Shown here: in pieces, positions 1 to 15,200 of the stretch
Layout: the number at the start of each line of letters is the position of its first letter
How positions within the stretch are numbered: the first letter of the stretch is position 1
Assembly: GCA_051362555.1 (NCBI GenBank)
Contig: CM120641.1
Location: forward strand, 6,572,001-6,636,000
Origin: Lingula anatina
Taxonomy: Eukaryota; Animalia; Brachiopoda
Length of the DNA stretch: 64,000 nucleotides
Direction: 5' to 3'
The notes under the pieces: model-generated
Seen by the model: only the letters and a program-made list of their open reading frames with translations
What the model was told of the DNA's origin: nothing
Databases searched by the model: none
Made by a program: the position numbers and the translations under genes

Positions 1-258
1 CAACGATAACTTTTAGGTTGGCATATAAAAAATACATGAACTAAACACAGTATAATGATAAAAATGTAACTAAAAAATATCTGAAAAAATAATATTACAA
101 AAAATAAATGATTTAATAAATAATTTCTTTTCTTGTGCTTCAATGCTGCCTTTATCCATCTCTGAAAATAACAGGAAAAGAAACATACTTTAGGTTCAAT
201 TGATTTTTCCATGTAACCAAAATGCAGTTTCAACATCAGGTACAAATTCACCCCTAAC

Positions 259-3200
259 CTTCGGTACTTTGGTCTTCCCAGACTGACTAGCCACTTTGTC
301 TCCTTTCTTGACTTGTGGATTTTCATTTTCATGTTCATCATCTCCTTTCTTCCTCCCTGTATTGATTTTGGCCTGAACTTGACTCAGTCTCCCCTTCATT
401 CCCCTTGGGGGTACTGTTACCTTCTTACTGGCTGGGTTCACTGAAGACCCAGTATCCTTCACAGGTTCCTCAAAAGATACACCTCCATGAGTCTTCAGCT
501 TTGCCATTTCATCCAATAGTTCTTTCTGGTGAATAAAACAACAACAAATGTAAAATCATACATCAATTTCATCAGGATAAAAAGGCATGGATTACTCAAC
601 AGCATTTATGAAATAATGACAATTTCTGTCTTTAAAAAAAAACTCCTTAACAAATAGCTTTTTACAGCATTAGAACAATTTATAATGAAGTGGTAAAAAA
701 ATAAGAAAAACATTTTTGTACCTCCAACTCTTCATTCATGATATCTATGTACCCATCAACTAGCTTTTTTATGTGTGTTTTCTCTGCAGCAGAACTGAAA
801 AGAGCAACAAGACCACAAGAATTCTAAATTCTTTTTTCAAAGTGGCCGCTCTCGTATATAAATTTGACATCTGGTTATAATTACATGTAAAGGCTTTGTA
901 AGCAATATAGCATACCTGCAAAACAATGATATTTTGATATATTTATAAATAAATGAAAGTAAACTTAGCATAGACAACCAGTATTTTATGGCAAATCTTT
1001 TATCCAGTGATATTTTTTCAAGCCCATGTACATGTCACACAGAACCAATTCCCTTCAAGGAATCTTTTCCATAGCCATCTGCCATCCTGTTCATATTATG
1101 TAATAAGTGTCACAGTTCAACCTCACTTTGCTTACATGCACAGCATGCTCAACTCAGAACCTCGCTACAAGGAGACATAAATATATAATAGCAATTCAGA
1201 ATCACCTCTCCACTGTCCAAGTATCCATGAGAGAATAAATTTCATCTTCACGTCTGGCTCTAAGCATGTTCTGCAGATTGTTTTCAAGGTGAGCTCTACT
1301 TTTCTGTACTTGCTGTAATACTTCAAGGGCCTGAGTGTAGTTTGTACTGGAAGACACTGGCTTCATGGAGGATGGAAGAGGAGGTGCATTTGTGGTTGTA
1401 CTAGTAGGAGGATGAAACTGAAATATACAAACACTTATTTGAAAATGCAATTGATTGTGAACAAGTTTTGCATGCTGAAATCCTGCTTTCCCCATCTTTT
1501 TAGATTACATATCAAGAAAGTGTATTTTACTGATTGAGGAAAACAAAAACACACTAAGAGAAGTAGGTAAATGATTGTGTAGAGCGAGCAAAGCACAGGA
1601 GAATTGCCAGGTATTACAGGGGCGGATTTAGGCCGTCTTCTGGGTCCTCCGGAAGACGGTCAGATTTTCAAGTTTACATTGATGGGTATCTAATTTTTTC
1701 TGTCAGAAGACGGTCAAAAAATGGAGGATGGAACAACAGATATAATATGGAAGACTGTCAGAAAATATCTCTGGATCCGCCCCTGTATTATGACAGATGC
1801 AGCTCCCCATTTAAAGAACTGGATTCTCCATGTGTTGTTTGGAAGGGTAGAAGACCAATGCTCTCCCTACCTCATTTTTAACTTCAAGAGGCCAGGTTAT
1901 GAGCCAATGATACATATTTGAATTAGAATAAATAGCATAACTTTATTTTTAAAACAAAACCTTGTCCAACTGTTGACCAACCATATAAATGCTGCCAAAA
2001 ATTAGCTGGTTAAAGTAGTACCTAATTTTTTTATAACTAAGGTAGTGACATATCACTTAGAAGTTATGAAATTTATTAACATTACTAAAATTGTCCTGCT
2101 ATGTATACATCTTATGTGGTCCTTGTTTACTGCAATACCAAATATATGTATGAACAAAGAAAGGCCCAACCCTTTCCAGCTATACATCAATTAAAGCAAC
2201 AATAGTGTGCCGCATGCCATTTTCAACTCCAACATTTTGTACACCCGCACAGCCATGAGTAAAGGTCATTCATCACCTCAGCTGTCACCACTCAGCCATT
2301 TTGAAGTCTGTTAGAGAGCATACCGCCAGTGTCACGGAGTGCGAGCGACAGGGATGAGACAGAACCGACAGATGAGATGTCAACTTGTGAAGGAAAATAT
2401 GACATTTAAGCACGCACAATAATACAGAGGTGTACTGTCAGTATTCTATGCTCATTCTAGAAGAACTTTTGTTTGAGTTAATTTGCTGAAATGTTTTTTA
2501 TACAAATTTGCTCAAAATTTTCAGTAGATATTAATGAACTGCAAATAGGAAAATGAAATTTAATAGTTCTTATTCTGTATAAGCAAACTGTATCATAATT
2601 AGCCACTTATAATTTTATGCGCTAGCATGACCAGGAGTTAGTTATAGGCTATAACGTAAGCAGTTGTCACCAGGTGTGGAGTGGGTGGGGCAGGGAATCA
2701 TGTGGACTGAAGGGCAGTTTTCCAAATAGCTGGATCTTTTAAATGTCATGTTAAATTAATGAAAATCCAATGGTGAGAGAACATAAACTAATCAACGCTT
2801 TACAAATTACACAATTATGACTTGTATTGACAAATTCAAGTAGGTGGTACTGATTATAATGTCTAAATAAGTAACTGTAATGACCATTTCATAAGAATTG
2901 TTAAGGGGAATGAGATACTATCTATCATATATAATGATAAGGGAGCCTAAACAGTGTAAAGAAAATGACAAAAATAATAACATTCCTGCAAAAAAGCAAT
3001 GAAATACACTGTCTTTTGTTACGATAAAATAATTCATTTCACTTTTCTTTCTATTTCAGTTTGTTGGTAAAGAGAGCTTGATAATTTAGCTGACTGCAAT
3101 GTGATAAGGGTGCTACGAGGGAGGAAAAGTGGGGAAGGTACATGTAGGTGGAAAGTTAGTAAAGGGAGGTTTAAAATCAACCACAATGCACACAAATTTC

Positions 3201-6200
3201 TCAAGGGAATAATTACACCCAAAACAATGAAACCAACATTTTAATGTTGGAAAAATTTAGTTGCAAGTTATGTGGGCGAATTTTAGGTATGAACAACTCT
3301 ACTGACTTTGATTACATTTTTAGTAATTCCCCACATACCAGAGTTAACTTCACTTTTTCCATTTGTTCAAAGAAGTAAAGTTTTTTTCTTTATTTATTTA
3401 TTTATTTCAACAAATGAAGTAAAATTTTTCTAAACATGGCATATCCAAGATATATAATGCTAATTAAATAAATAAAAATTATAACTTACCCATAAACATA
3501 ATGTTATGTTTATATGATTGATTAAGCTGTATTCATTCCAAGCAGTAACAATTTGTAAAACAATTATTGAAATAATTTCCACTTATTTTACATTTTTCTA
3601 CATTTTTTCAAAGTACATTATTATTTTATAACAATTAGCCCTTGGCCAAAATTCCAAAATCGGGCATTGCCCAGGGCACATAAATATGAAGGGCTGTGCA
3701 ACAGAGTAAATTAATGATGGACCCAGTTTGTGAAAATGGCCATGACTTAATAGTCTGGAAAAAAAGAATGCTACAAGTCTCAAGAGAAGTGATGGGGATT
3801 TATTGTAAACACATTACGTTTCAGAGAAGACTAAAACCAGTTACAGACTGTCATGAAGGCAAGGCTCTATAAATTCAGACAAGCTTTCCAATGACAGGCT
3901 TAACTGATCTTTGGAAACAAAACACAATAGATGGAGAACAAAGTATTAGGTATGTGAGATAATACAAAGGAAGTTGTGTTTGAGAATAACGTGAAGAAAA
4001 GGGGTACAACTGTGTATGATATGATGCCAAGCATTATTTGTTTAAACAGTTAGTATTTAAGCCTAGATGATCAAAGATGTTAAACAAAGCTTTGCAGACT
4101 TTCAGATTTTGTCTTATAAAATTACATGAAAATTGGCCAAAGTGATGATGGTTACAGATATTTTGGTAAAATGTGAAGGTTATATAGATGATGTCAAGAA
4201 AAGGAAAGTATGCAAAAATGCAATCATAAAAAAATACACTAAAATGGTGTAATCAGCATTTCATATATATAAAACAAAGAAAGTTGTTCTAATCATGCAA
4301 TTTTTATGGAAAGTTGTACAAATAAAATGACTCTTTGGAAATATGAAACATGACATTTTCAATGTAATTGATAGGCAAAATAAGTTTCCACAGAACAATA
4401 CAAAAAACCTACAACTTTTCTTTATTTGGAAAGGTGTATAAAAAATAAAGATGAAACAAAAGAATGTTGAAATCTAAATATGAAGGTTCAACCACAGGGT
4501 GATGTGATCACCTCCGGATGGTGTGATAGGTCACAATATGAGAGATGAAAGCAACATGGGATAGCGCTAGGAGGTCTCTATGGGCGTATTCCCATAGATT
4601 TTAGATCGATCTATCTCCATGGGGAGTCTCACTAGATTACTGTCAGATAATCCAGCTTAAATGTCCATCCCGCCTACTACAAGCTGTAAGGGGGTAATTA
4701 ACTTTCGTGCCCGCTCGGCTGACAGCTATTTAGCATGAACCCCCAGGGAGTTAGGTCGATCTAGTTTGGATCGATCTAATCTCTGGGAATGGGGTCTATA
4801 TTGACAGTCTATGTTGTACATCACGTCCTATGGTCAAGGCCAAGGAAGAAAAACATGTATACTTGTTTACTGACACTTTATAAACCACAGAGAAAGATGC
4901 AGGGAAAGACTGATAGAAGTTTAGAGATCCCAAAAATCCTCACCACGTTACTGCAATTTTGTTAAAACAATATTTTACTTCAATAACCCACTTATATCTT
5001 GTATGTAACAGATTGTATCTTTTGTGCTAATTTAAATAACTCTTTTTTTTCTTTTTTTTTGTTTAACCAACAAATTTCAATCAAAGAAGGAGAAAAGTAT
5101 CACAACATTTAACAATTAGCTGTCCATGAATAAATCTTATTTATATAATAAATGAACATATCCAAGATAAGAGTTCCTACCATGTACAGGTCAAGTGGTG
5201 CTGGTTCATAAGGTTGAGCAGAACCAAATTCACTTTTTCCTCTCTATGAAAACAAAAAAAAATAGATATATTCAATATTTAATTTCATGTTTAAGCATTT
5301 TCACAATATATTAGTCAGATAATAGTTTAGTTACTATGTTCAGTACCCATATTCTAAAATTTTGGTCTTCTTGATCACTAACTAGTCTACGATTTTCTCT
5401 GGTAATAATTTGTCTTATTTCTCCTAAAATATTCATCAGAGCCCAAATAATGAGAATAATCAAATAAACAGAGCCTGTGAACCACTGAAATTTGTATTTT
5501 TTTATTTTACTCAGTCTCACCTAGCGCAATGACAGCACAGTTACATAAGGCTCAACTCACCTTCTCCAGGCCTGGCTCTTGTAAACTTTCATCACTATTT
5601 TGTCTGAAAGAAAGAGTCATAAATTTATTTAAAGTTTAAAAGGCTGACATTTAATTTAGTTATAACCATCTTTTAACCAACAGCCATGTACGGATGTGGA
5701 AGAGTGCCTTCGAAGATGAGCAGAAGTGGAGTACAAAACTATCATTTAAAAAATTCATATAAATCTTTGCATACAAACTTTTATACTACTGTAATAGTGA
5801 TGCAATACAACTGTTCTTCTTGCAATTTTTGTACCTAAAACTAATGTAGAAAGAAATAATTTAACACAAACAAAAAGACTGAAATGAAATGCATGTAATA
5901 GATTCAACATCTAAATGCAACAGTAGTCATAAAGAGCAAAACCATTTTTTCATCAATCAACTCCAACATCATTAATAAAATGCTGCTGGTGTGTTTCAAT
6001 CAAAGCAGCTAAAATTATTAACTCAAAAGTACTAAATGTCTGCTACATAACTCTTGATGCACTAGCAGTCGTTTGCTTCTAAATCACTCTCAGCCAAGTC
6101 ATTTTTCTTCCTTAAGCGAAGTAATGGATAGGTAACCAAAAAGTACTTCCGATTCCTGTGGCATTGCCTTGGTAGTTATTTTCATGGCCTCAATTACTTT

Positions 6201-9200
6201 TTGGTGTAATTTTCCTGAGAAATTGCCTCATTAGGGAAGGATGCAATTCACACAGCCTGAGAAAACTACCAATAAAGGTAAACTCAGTAAGCATGCCAAC
6301 TATTGACATATAAAGTAAACAATTACTAAATCGCATTCTCTGAAAGAATCAATATAATCAGCACTGGACAAATAAAGAAGTCAAACAGTATCACATTTGC
6401 ACAAGAAAATATTTTCTTAATCTGATCCCAAAACAACAAAATGATCAAGCAATTTAAGCTACTTTTCTTTTCTGACTTCATAAAAGAATATGAAATGCTA
6501 AGTTACAAATTCATATTCAGGTTCATTTGTATTTCAGTCATCCTTTGATCTAATACTTGGCAAGGATTGTTTCTATGCTGCATTTGTAAATATTTCATAT
6601 TCAAATAAATTCATGAAAATTAGTACCTTGATTTCATCTATTTATTCAAATTTTTTATTTTAGCTTTCTAAACGAAATCATTTGAAAGGTTAGTTTAACC
6701 GTGCTCACGAACCCAAACCTTCTAAGCTCCAATACCGCAACATTTAGCCAGCAACATCATTAACCTAAGCACAGTAGACATGAACTAACAATTTTCATGT
6801 AACATTATTTTCCTGTCATCCTCTCGGGAATTCCCACATGCATGACCACAATCAACCCCCATTTCTGTAAATCACGCCACGTTTGCCGTTGTTACATGCA
6901 GTGCGAGGATCTCCCCGTCTCCGCCGAGTAGCGCAGGTTCTCCAGGCACTATCCACAGAATACCTATAAGCTATAGTGCATCACATCACTTTATGTCATG
7001 GCAACATGCAAAAAGTCCATTTTATTGTGTATGGAAGAGGTTGTTACAATAATTACTGCTGTGGAAAGAATGATTTAAATTCACACTTGTTACAGGCTAG
7101 GCAAAATCAAGAAATATATGTAAGTATCAAAGATAGTTATATAAGATTGTGAATTGCAAGGATAAACAAAGGAACTAAATATGCTGATTCTGGTACCCCC
7201 TGGATCATGGTACACCTGCCATAAATATTTCTAGTAAGAATCAGCACTTATTAAAAAATATTTCATAAACCTATTCTGTGCTTATCATGTCTAAAATTTA
7301 TTCATCACACTTATATCACACACAATAAACAAGTACGCTTAAAGGTTTTGTGTTTTCTTTTTTTAATTAAGCAGTCTGACACTTCATTATGACACATCAA
7401 TATCCGCATAACAAATCTTTAAGACAAAAATGTAAAAAATAATTATGTTAACTACTTTACTTCACTAGTTCACAACTCACAGAACACATTTTCATCAAAC
7501 CTAAATCCTCTGGAAAGCAAATGGATAACAAAACAACAACAACAAAAAATTATTCAAAAATTGAATAAGTAATAAAAACATAAATCCATAATAAAAAATA
7601 ATTATGTCATTAAATAAATTGAAAAATCTTTTGGCAAGCATCCCCTCATCCACCTTCATATTTGAAGGAGAGGGGTATAAGTATGTCAGCATGAGACCAC
7701 TGCAGACTAGCTATAAGAATTCATCAACCTCCCTTTTACACCCTCACATTACGGAAATAAGAAGCAAAGATTTCTTGCTAAGCCCCAGGCTGTTGACAAG
7801 GCAACTACTGTGCAGTTGTGATGTGAAAGTATGTGCTCTACCTTCCTGGACTCTGTGAACACCAGACGGAATCTAATTTACTCGCTCTATAAACAGCTCA
7901 AATCACATTCCTATTCTCCTGGTTGGTTGGGAAGAAAGGGCAGTCTGTGTCAGATCAAGATGATGTAAAAATATCTGCCAATCTTATTCTCAAATGATTA
8001 TTTTTTTTAGCTTACTACCGTTGAATATAAATGAAACAAGTGCTTTTCTTCTTTAAAAATGAGGTAAAGACCAACAATCAAACATCCCTGCATCTTAAAC
8101 TAGCAGAAATTGAAATTCATCTTACCTGATAGCAGGAATAAAAAAAAATTAATGTGGTAGTTTTTCTTGCTATACATTAATGCAATTTCCATTTCACATT
8201 TTTTCCACTGTGAAAGATACAAACATTTTCTACGCACACCTGTTTTTCCACATAGGCTTACTCATCAGAAGTGCAAAATAAGCAATGCCATTGCCAAGGA
8301 GAGAGGGGGTGAAAGTAAAAAACATGTAATAACCAAATTAATTAGCCACAATTTCCTTTCTACACAAAATCAAGAATAGCTGGGTGCATTATAACACAGA
8401 CACCTTAATTTCTTCTCACTTATCCACAATTTAGAGGCCCCACAACAAAGTGATAAGTCAAAGATATACATAATCCTAAGGCAAGGGCCCCTGCTTTACT
8501 CCTAAGGCAAGTTCTTATCAGAACGTACTTAGGACAGTAATATAATAAATAACATCAATTTATACTTCTGGTCTCCAAGTTAGATCCGTCACGATCAAAA
8601 TTAGACCAGAAATATAATTAAGTTAAAAAACATTAGCAGACAGCCAGATTATGGATGATCCTCCATTTACGCCTCTGGAATTTTAAATCCCAAGACAGGC
8701 AATATAGTACCATGGTTATCTCAGTTATCAACCCAGCCCGCCCCTGGGGCCATGTTGCCCCTTGTAGAGACACAGCTTAAATATAGGCCCTGAAATAATG
8801 AAAGGAATTTTCTTGTCTATAAACCCGTTTAATCTTTATCAACTTTGACATTCAAGTGGCATGAAAAAAACAACAGTGATCTATTCCTTCCACTGGTGTT
8901 TTTCTGACTGACGCAAATAGCTGGATATCCTAGGGATAAGATAAATAGAAAAATCAACTTGTTTTACCTGGCTATATTTGGTTTCATGTGTTATTTGTTA
9001 TTTCTTGGAACCTTCAAGTTTAGTTTGACCCTGTTTGGAATCTATGAGAGGATGGACTGGTAATGGGGAGGATAGTGACTTCTATATGCATGTTTCTAAC
9101 AATAATGCTGAGCAATAAACGAGTAGGAACACTGAAATAATAATTTCTTTGAATGAAGAATCTATATAAAACTTTTCAATCAAAAACTAACCTTACACAA

Positions 9201-12200
9201 GTAGGTTTGAGTGCTGGTCATGGCTTTGCTACCAAGTATTTCTGTTACTATTCAATACAATCAACAATCAAATGCTGATATTAATGGTGGCATTCATTAG
9301 ACCCTGATATTCAAGCTAATAATAAAAAATATAATTATAATATATATGTTAAAAATCATAGTACAATAATTGTACCTTAAAGCAAAAAAAAAAAAAATAA
9401 ATAAATAAATAAATAAAATAAAATAATAATAATAATAATGATAATAATAATAATAATAAAAATCTAAGAAACTCTTCTGCAGCAATTGCTCTCTGTCAGG
9501 ACAAAGTTTTTTGTCTGGAAAACAGTTCTGCCTCATTTAACTGTTATCCTCAAACGAAATTCCTTTAGGTAACTAGAAATCTAACATCTGTGCTTCTGAA
9601 ACCTTATATAAGAGTGTAGGCATGAGAAGTAAAACTGGTTCAAAAATATTACTTAGGATGATTTTGGTTTGTCACGACATCCCTGAAAAGAATGAGTCAG
9701 TGCCTTGACATGGATGCCAAAATAACAGTTTCAAACCACAGACTTCCCAATGTAATCAACACTGCTACTACTTTATTTTGATAAACATAAATCACAGTGT
9801 CAGCCAGACCCTAAAATCAAAAAAAAAAAAAATACAATTATTCATCAATAAAAGCTATTTCTACAACCCTCAGCCGCCATAAAAATTACTTTGGCTCATA
9901 CAACATTTTAAAAGCTTTTACTGACAAAGATGAGTTGAAACTCCCAAAAACATTTAGACATTAAAAGGTCAGAGTAGTAACACATTTATATTCAGAGACA
10001 GAATGTGCTTATGAATGCAGAGCTGTGACTGATAACATGGGATAAGCCTACTCTGTGCTGATAACTGTAGGCCTAACTATCAAGCAGTATTTTGATTCGA
10101 GGCAGAAGCGTGTATTTCTGTAACACCCACGTCGCTACACTTCACCACAATAGTTACAAAACACACCCACATCATTTTTTCATGGAAACAAGCTCACAGG
10201 GCAGTAGTAATTCTACATCACGAACAGCCTCCCCCTTAATACCATGACGCACGTCAACAACAGGGATCATATTATTCCAATATCTTCTCCTTTTAAAGTT
10301 CAATGTCAGCCACATTTCATAACTCAGTGTCATGTGCCCTCAAATACGTCATAATACCAGCTCTGGAAGATAAGCTTATGAATTGCAAACAAGTGCAGTT
10401 TTTCAATCAAAATGGCAAGTAATTTTTCATGTCACAAAGAGTAAATTTGATAATTTGTTATAAGCAAAATGAATTATCATGCCAAGTAAAATCAAATAAA
10501 TCTTGTTCATATAAAATACACATTAAATACCTGCAGACACAGAAATAGAATTTGGATTTTAATGCAAATAATTCTTGGGTTATTCTACTGTGCTATTGTA
10601 TATTGCAGAGTTTATCTACAAAATAATAAAGATTTATTTTTTACCATGAAAATGCAAATCAACTTATTAATTTAGAGCAATTACATGGACTTGCAGTGCC
10701 AAATAAATTGTTCAAAACCTAAAATCCTTATTTTAAATCAAATCTTAATGAATTTTCAGTCATATTTATGGGATTATCAATACAGAAACACATACAAGCA
10801 CAAATATGAGCAACCACAAATGTGTATCACTTTATGTGTTCACTTGATGGTTATGAACTAAACTTCAATAATTTACGCACCATTGCCTGATACCTTGTAC
10901 AAAATCCAATCCACCATGTTAAAAAATACTTCCAATATTTCATCCAAATAGGACCGATTGCGTTAGAGAGGATTGGGTGAGATTTTATCACAACTGACTT
11001 GGGATACATAAATTGAAAGAAAAATGAATGCAATATATGATATTGTTTAATGAGGTATGGATTTTTAAAGACAAAAGCTGTATGTACACCTCGAATAAGC
11101 TCCCTGTAAATTTTGAATAAAACATAAGGGTATGAAGGTTGGCAGTTTATGAGGCAAATGGTACGAAAGTTTATGTAAAATTCTGGAGAAACTTGCTCCC
11201 CCCAGCAAAAGCATCGGTTGCCCCAGTGATCATGTTGTACATGAAAATAATAAAAACAAGTTTCAAAATGATACTTGATACAAATTTATTCCTTTTTTCA
11301 ATATTGTCCCATATAGGTTTTAAAAGTTCTAGAACATAGGCTGCTGTTGTACAACCCTCCACATGACAAATTGATCAGTCTGTTTTACAAGTTGGCATAT
11401 ATCTATTTATCTAGGAAAATGTATTTTCTCCATATGTTCAATACAAATGTAGTATCTTTAAGCTAGATAATTTCTTATTTGCACCCATAAATATGCAATA
11501 CTAGCCATAAAAAACAAGAGCACTGACAAAAACCAAACTATTAAAAAAATCACATAAGAAGCCAAATGACATACACAGGTAAACTACATAACACTTCACT
11601 AAAAGAGGAACAGGAATTTTAAGAACCAGTAAAAAATAACTCATCCTGAAGTTAACACCTGTTAAATTTTCCACTTATAGTTACTGAATACAGGACAATA
11701 TAGATTACTGCACAATCTTACAACAGTCTGGCTGGGTTGGCTAGAGAAAGAATATGTGTCAAAGAATTCGATCCCTCTTTCCTGTTCTCAGCACATTGCA
11801 TTGTTAGAGCTACAACTCGCCCCGTGTCGGGCAACCCTTTGGTTGTATGCTTTATTGTTTGTGACATTCCAGCACGTTGTCACATCACAACAAAAAAAAA
11901 AAAAATAGTTTCAAGGTCTGTATATGTTCTGTGATTTATGTATACATAAATATATATCTATATAGTACATTGTCCTGGTCTAGTTCTGTCCACATTTTCA
12001 GTCACTGTCCACGTCATGTTGACCACTGACCACAAACAGAGCCCACCCAAATCCCTGTCTGACCATTTTGTATCCTAGCCACTTAAGCAAAATAAATAAA
12101 TAATTTAGTTCTGAATCAATTTAATAGCGAGATGAAAAATGAAGAAATCTAATACTTCTTTTCATTTTCTTTGGCCAATATCATTAGGAACTAAAGAAAT

Positions 12201-15200
12201 TGTACATGCTAGTTTGCATGTGGTAAGTAATAGTTTGCATTTCATCAAATATACATCGTTCTGGAGGAGCCATTTTGAAATCAATCCATTTGTCTTTTCT
12301 CAAATGTCTCATGTTTTAGTTACATTGTTAGATATTTAGTGAAATCATTTCCCAACTCTCTTTTGGCAAGCCTAGAGTTTGGTCTGGACATGAAATAGTG
12401 GTTAAAATTTTAGTATTTCTGACAATATCTCCTATATCCTAGCCCTAACGCAAGTCTACTACAAATGCACTTCCAGCTCATCGTATCTTATGTTCCTGAA
12501 ATATATCATGCTACCAGAATTATACACAGCAGTACCCATCAATCAGATAGCCGCTGTGAGTCATGTGGGAATAATGCAGGGGAATTAAGCATAGATATCT
12601 ACCAGTCACACGCACACATCCAGAATGATGTTATCAGTCAGGAGTTCACCTGACCCTGACAGTGTGGACCTCCATACTGCTGTACCAGGGCCATCTAATC
12701 AGCCCCTCGTCCCTGGACTTATGAAGTAGTACATTCCGCAAGTACTGTGCAAACGTCATGCACTCCATACAAAGATTTACATGGTTTCATACATGGGCAT
12801 GTTTGTGACCCAGCTTAGCTACCCACAACTATTATTCATGCCTTAAAGTAAACTCTACTATGGTGCCCTCATTTTCAAATCTCCAAGCACTACATTATAC
12901 CATTACAGGAACGTGCAATTTAAGTGCAGGCTCATCCACAGATATCAAATACCCGTGTCTAATGCAAGGAATTAATAAATAAACTTAATTCTGTATTCAA
13001 GTAAATACTGGTCTATATGCAAATGAAAAAAAAATTCATAACCCTACCATAGAAGGCAAATTATACCTCTAATGGCATTATTTGAGACATTATTTTTCAA
13101 TTAAAATGCTCTTTCATAGAGTAATATTTTACAAAAACCTTTTCATGGTTCCGTAAAGTGCACATTACAACATAAAGTAAGTTTACAGGCACAATACTTA
13201 TCTAAAATATTTCAAGTTTCAAATGTCTTATCATGTATGAAGTGACAAAATATTACATGAACAAGTTTAACCAATTTAAAATAGCCACTAATATGACCTT
13301 ATTTTTCCCAAAAATATGCCACAAAAAATATGAAAATATTTTAACTACTCTCTTAATTTAATGTTATCTTTAAAAGTGTCTAATTCTTTATCTATTCTTT
13401 TAGGCATCTCTCTCTTTTTTGATCGCAAAAAATCTGAAAATATCCTAACTTCTCTCTTAATTCAATATTATCTTTAAAAGCATCTAATTCTGTATCTATT
13501 CTTTTAGGCATCTTTCTCTTTTTTGATCTTAAATTCTTTATACTCCTCCCCAAGTATTGTTGCAATCTCCCCCTGCATAAAAGCCCAGGGCACATTGGAG
13601 CCAACCAGGGGGCATTTCTTCCCACTAGGGCAGTACACCTCACTACCTGGACCCTGTCTCTTGATGCTCTCCCGAGAACAAGGAAAACAAAACTTATGGT
13701 CCCCGACTGACGGACACTGAACAAAGTGAGTGTCTTCTAGGCGCTCCTGACACAAAGTACATTTCAATGCCTCTCCATTTGATACCGTTGACTCGGGCAA
13801 GTTTGAAGTGACTGCCTTGTCCCCTCCCTGCAACATGTGACGCCCCCGCAGCAAGAGCTGCTGATCCCGCGCAGAATGATGTGAAAGAATCATGTTATTT
13901 GGGCTACTGGACATTCTAGGTGACGGATTACGAATGTTGTCGGTGACTGACATTAGGGCAGCCATTGGAGACGGCCCACTCTGACTGATGGGTGTCACAT
14001 CGGGTGGAGTGCTGCCTTGGTTGCTGCCTGGAGAGGTGGACGACAGGCTTGAGGGGCAGGAATTGCTGGCTGTGTATCCTGCTGAAGCGATTGTTAATTT
14101 GAGAGCCTCTGCTTGGCTCTGCATCCACTGGTGACGTTTATGTTGTTCCTCACTGACTTTACTTGGTCCCTCCTGTGAATCTGGCTCAGGTGATGCCTTC
14201 CTTTTCCTGATCTGTCCATCAAAAAAATTCCTGGGAAATCCTTTCATTATCCCACGTGGCAAAGTGGTGCCATTTGGACTGGGTAATGTTGGGCAACTAG
14301 GATCCAGGTACGGCACAGGTAATATGTCCCGCTTTACTGGTTCTTTAAAAAATCGCACTGGCTCTGGCAGCATGTCTCCAAGTAAGTGCCAATCTCCTGT
14401 GCCATGTTTCATTTCATATTCCAAATACTTAAATCCTGAAGAGAGACCTTTTCCCATATCTTTCATGCAATCCTGATACATTTGCCTGGCCACTCCAGAA
14501 GCACTGTTGTATACATTGCCAGAGCCAGTGGGATATTCCACAAATATTTTCAATTCGTAATCAATACCTGGCTTGTGTCCTGCGTCGAAAGAAATGACGC
14601 GTGCACGCAGAGAAGTGTCCTTTTTAAACCTCACTTCAAAAGGAGTGCAACTACACAGAACAGACAGGGTTTCTCTCACAATGGGTGGCCGTGCATTAAG
14701 CTCCTCAACAGTGGGAGGTCTGCGTGATACCTCATCCCCACTTGACACATGCCCTGGAGATTCTCTCTCGTCTCCCTCGCGTTTACCTTGAATGTTTTCC
14801 ATCAGTCCCAGAGTAGTTGAGCTGGGTGCCATTCTGCTCTGTGGCGGAGGTAGAGCATGATGCCCCGGGCCCGGTGGGTGACCGCCGCCCCCTCTTCCAC
14901 TGGTTATTGGACTCACGCGTTCCTCGGGTCTGTTCCTCTGGTGCGGTAATGGTAATGCGTGAGGCCCTCTCTGTCCCGCCGGCACGTATTCAACAGGTAG
15001 CATAGCTCGCGACCGGGCCTCAAAACGCTCCATACCTGGTATGCCCGCAGGGATACCTGGCCGCAATTCGCCGTGAGGGATTTCAGGAGGACCGCCGCGG
15101 CTCGCTGCCATGTTCGCTTGCGAAGGAGGGTGAAGCTGCTTGCGTTGACTTTCAAACCCGTGAGCTCTTTTCATCTGTCGGGCTGCCTCTATCACCATTT

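Noticed and set aside
121-258. Further KIAA0586 exon near 161 and the exact donor of the 525-259 exon
   Set aside because: An acceptor-like TTTTCAG is present, but I could not find a convincing donor and frame, so it is left unannotated.
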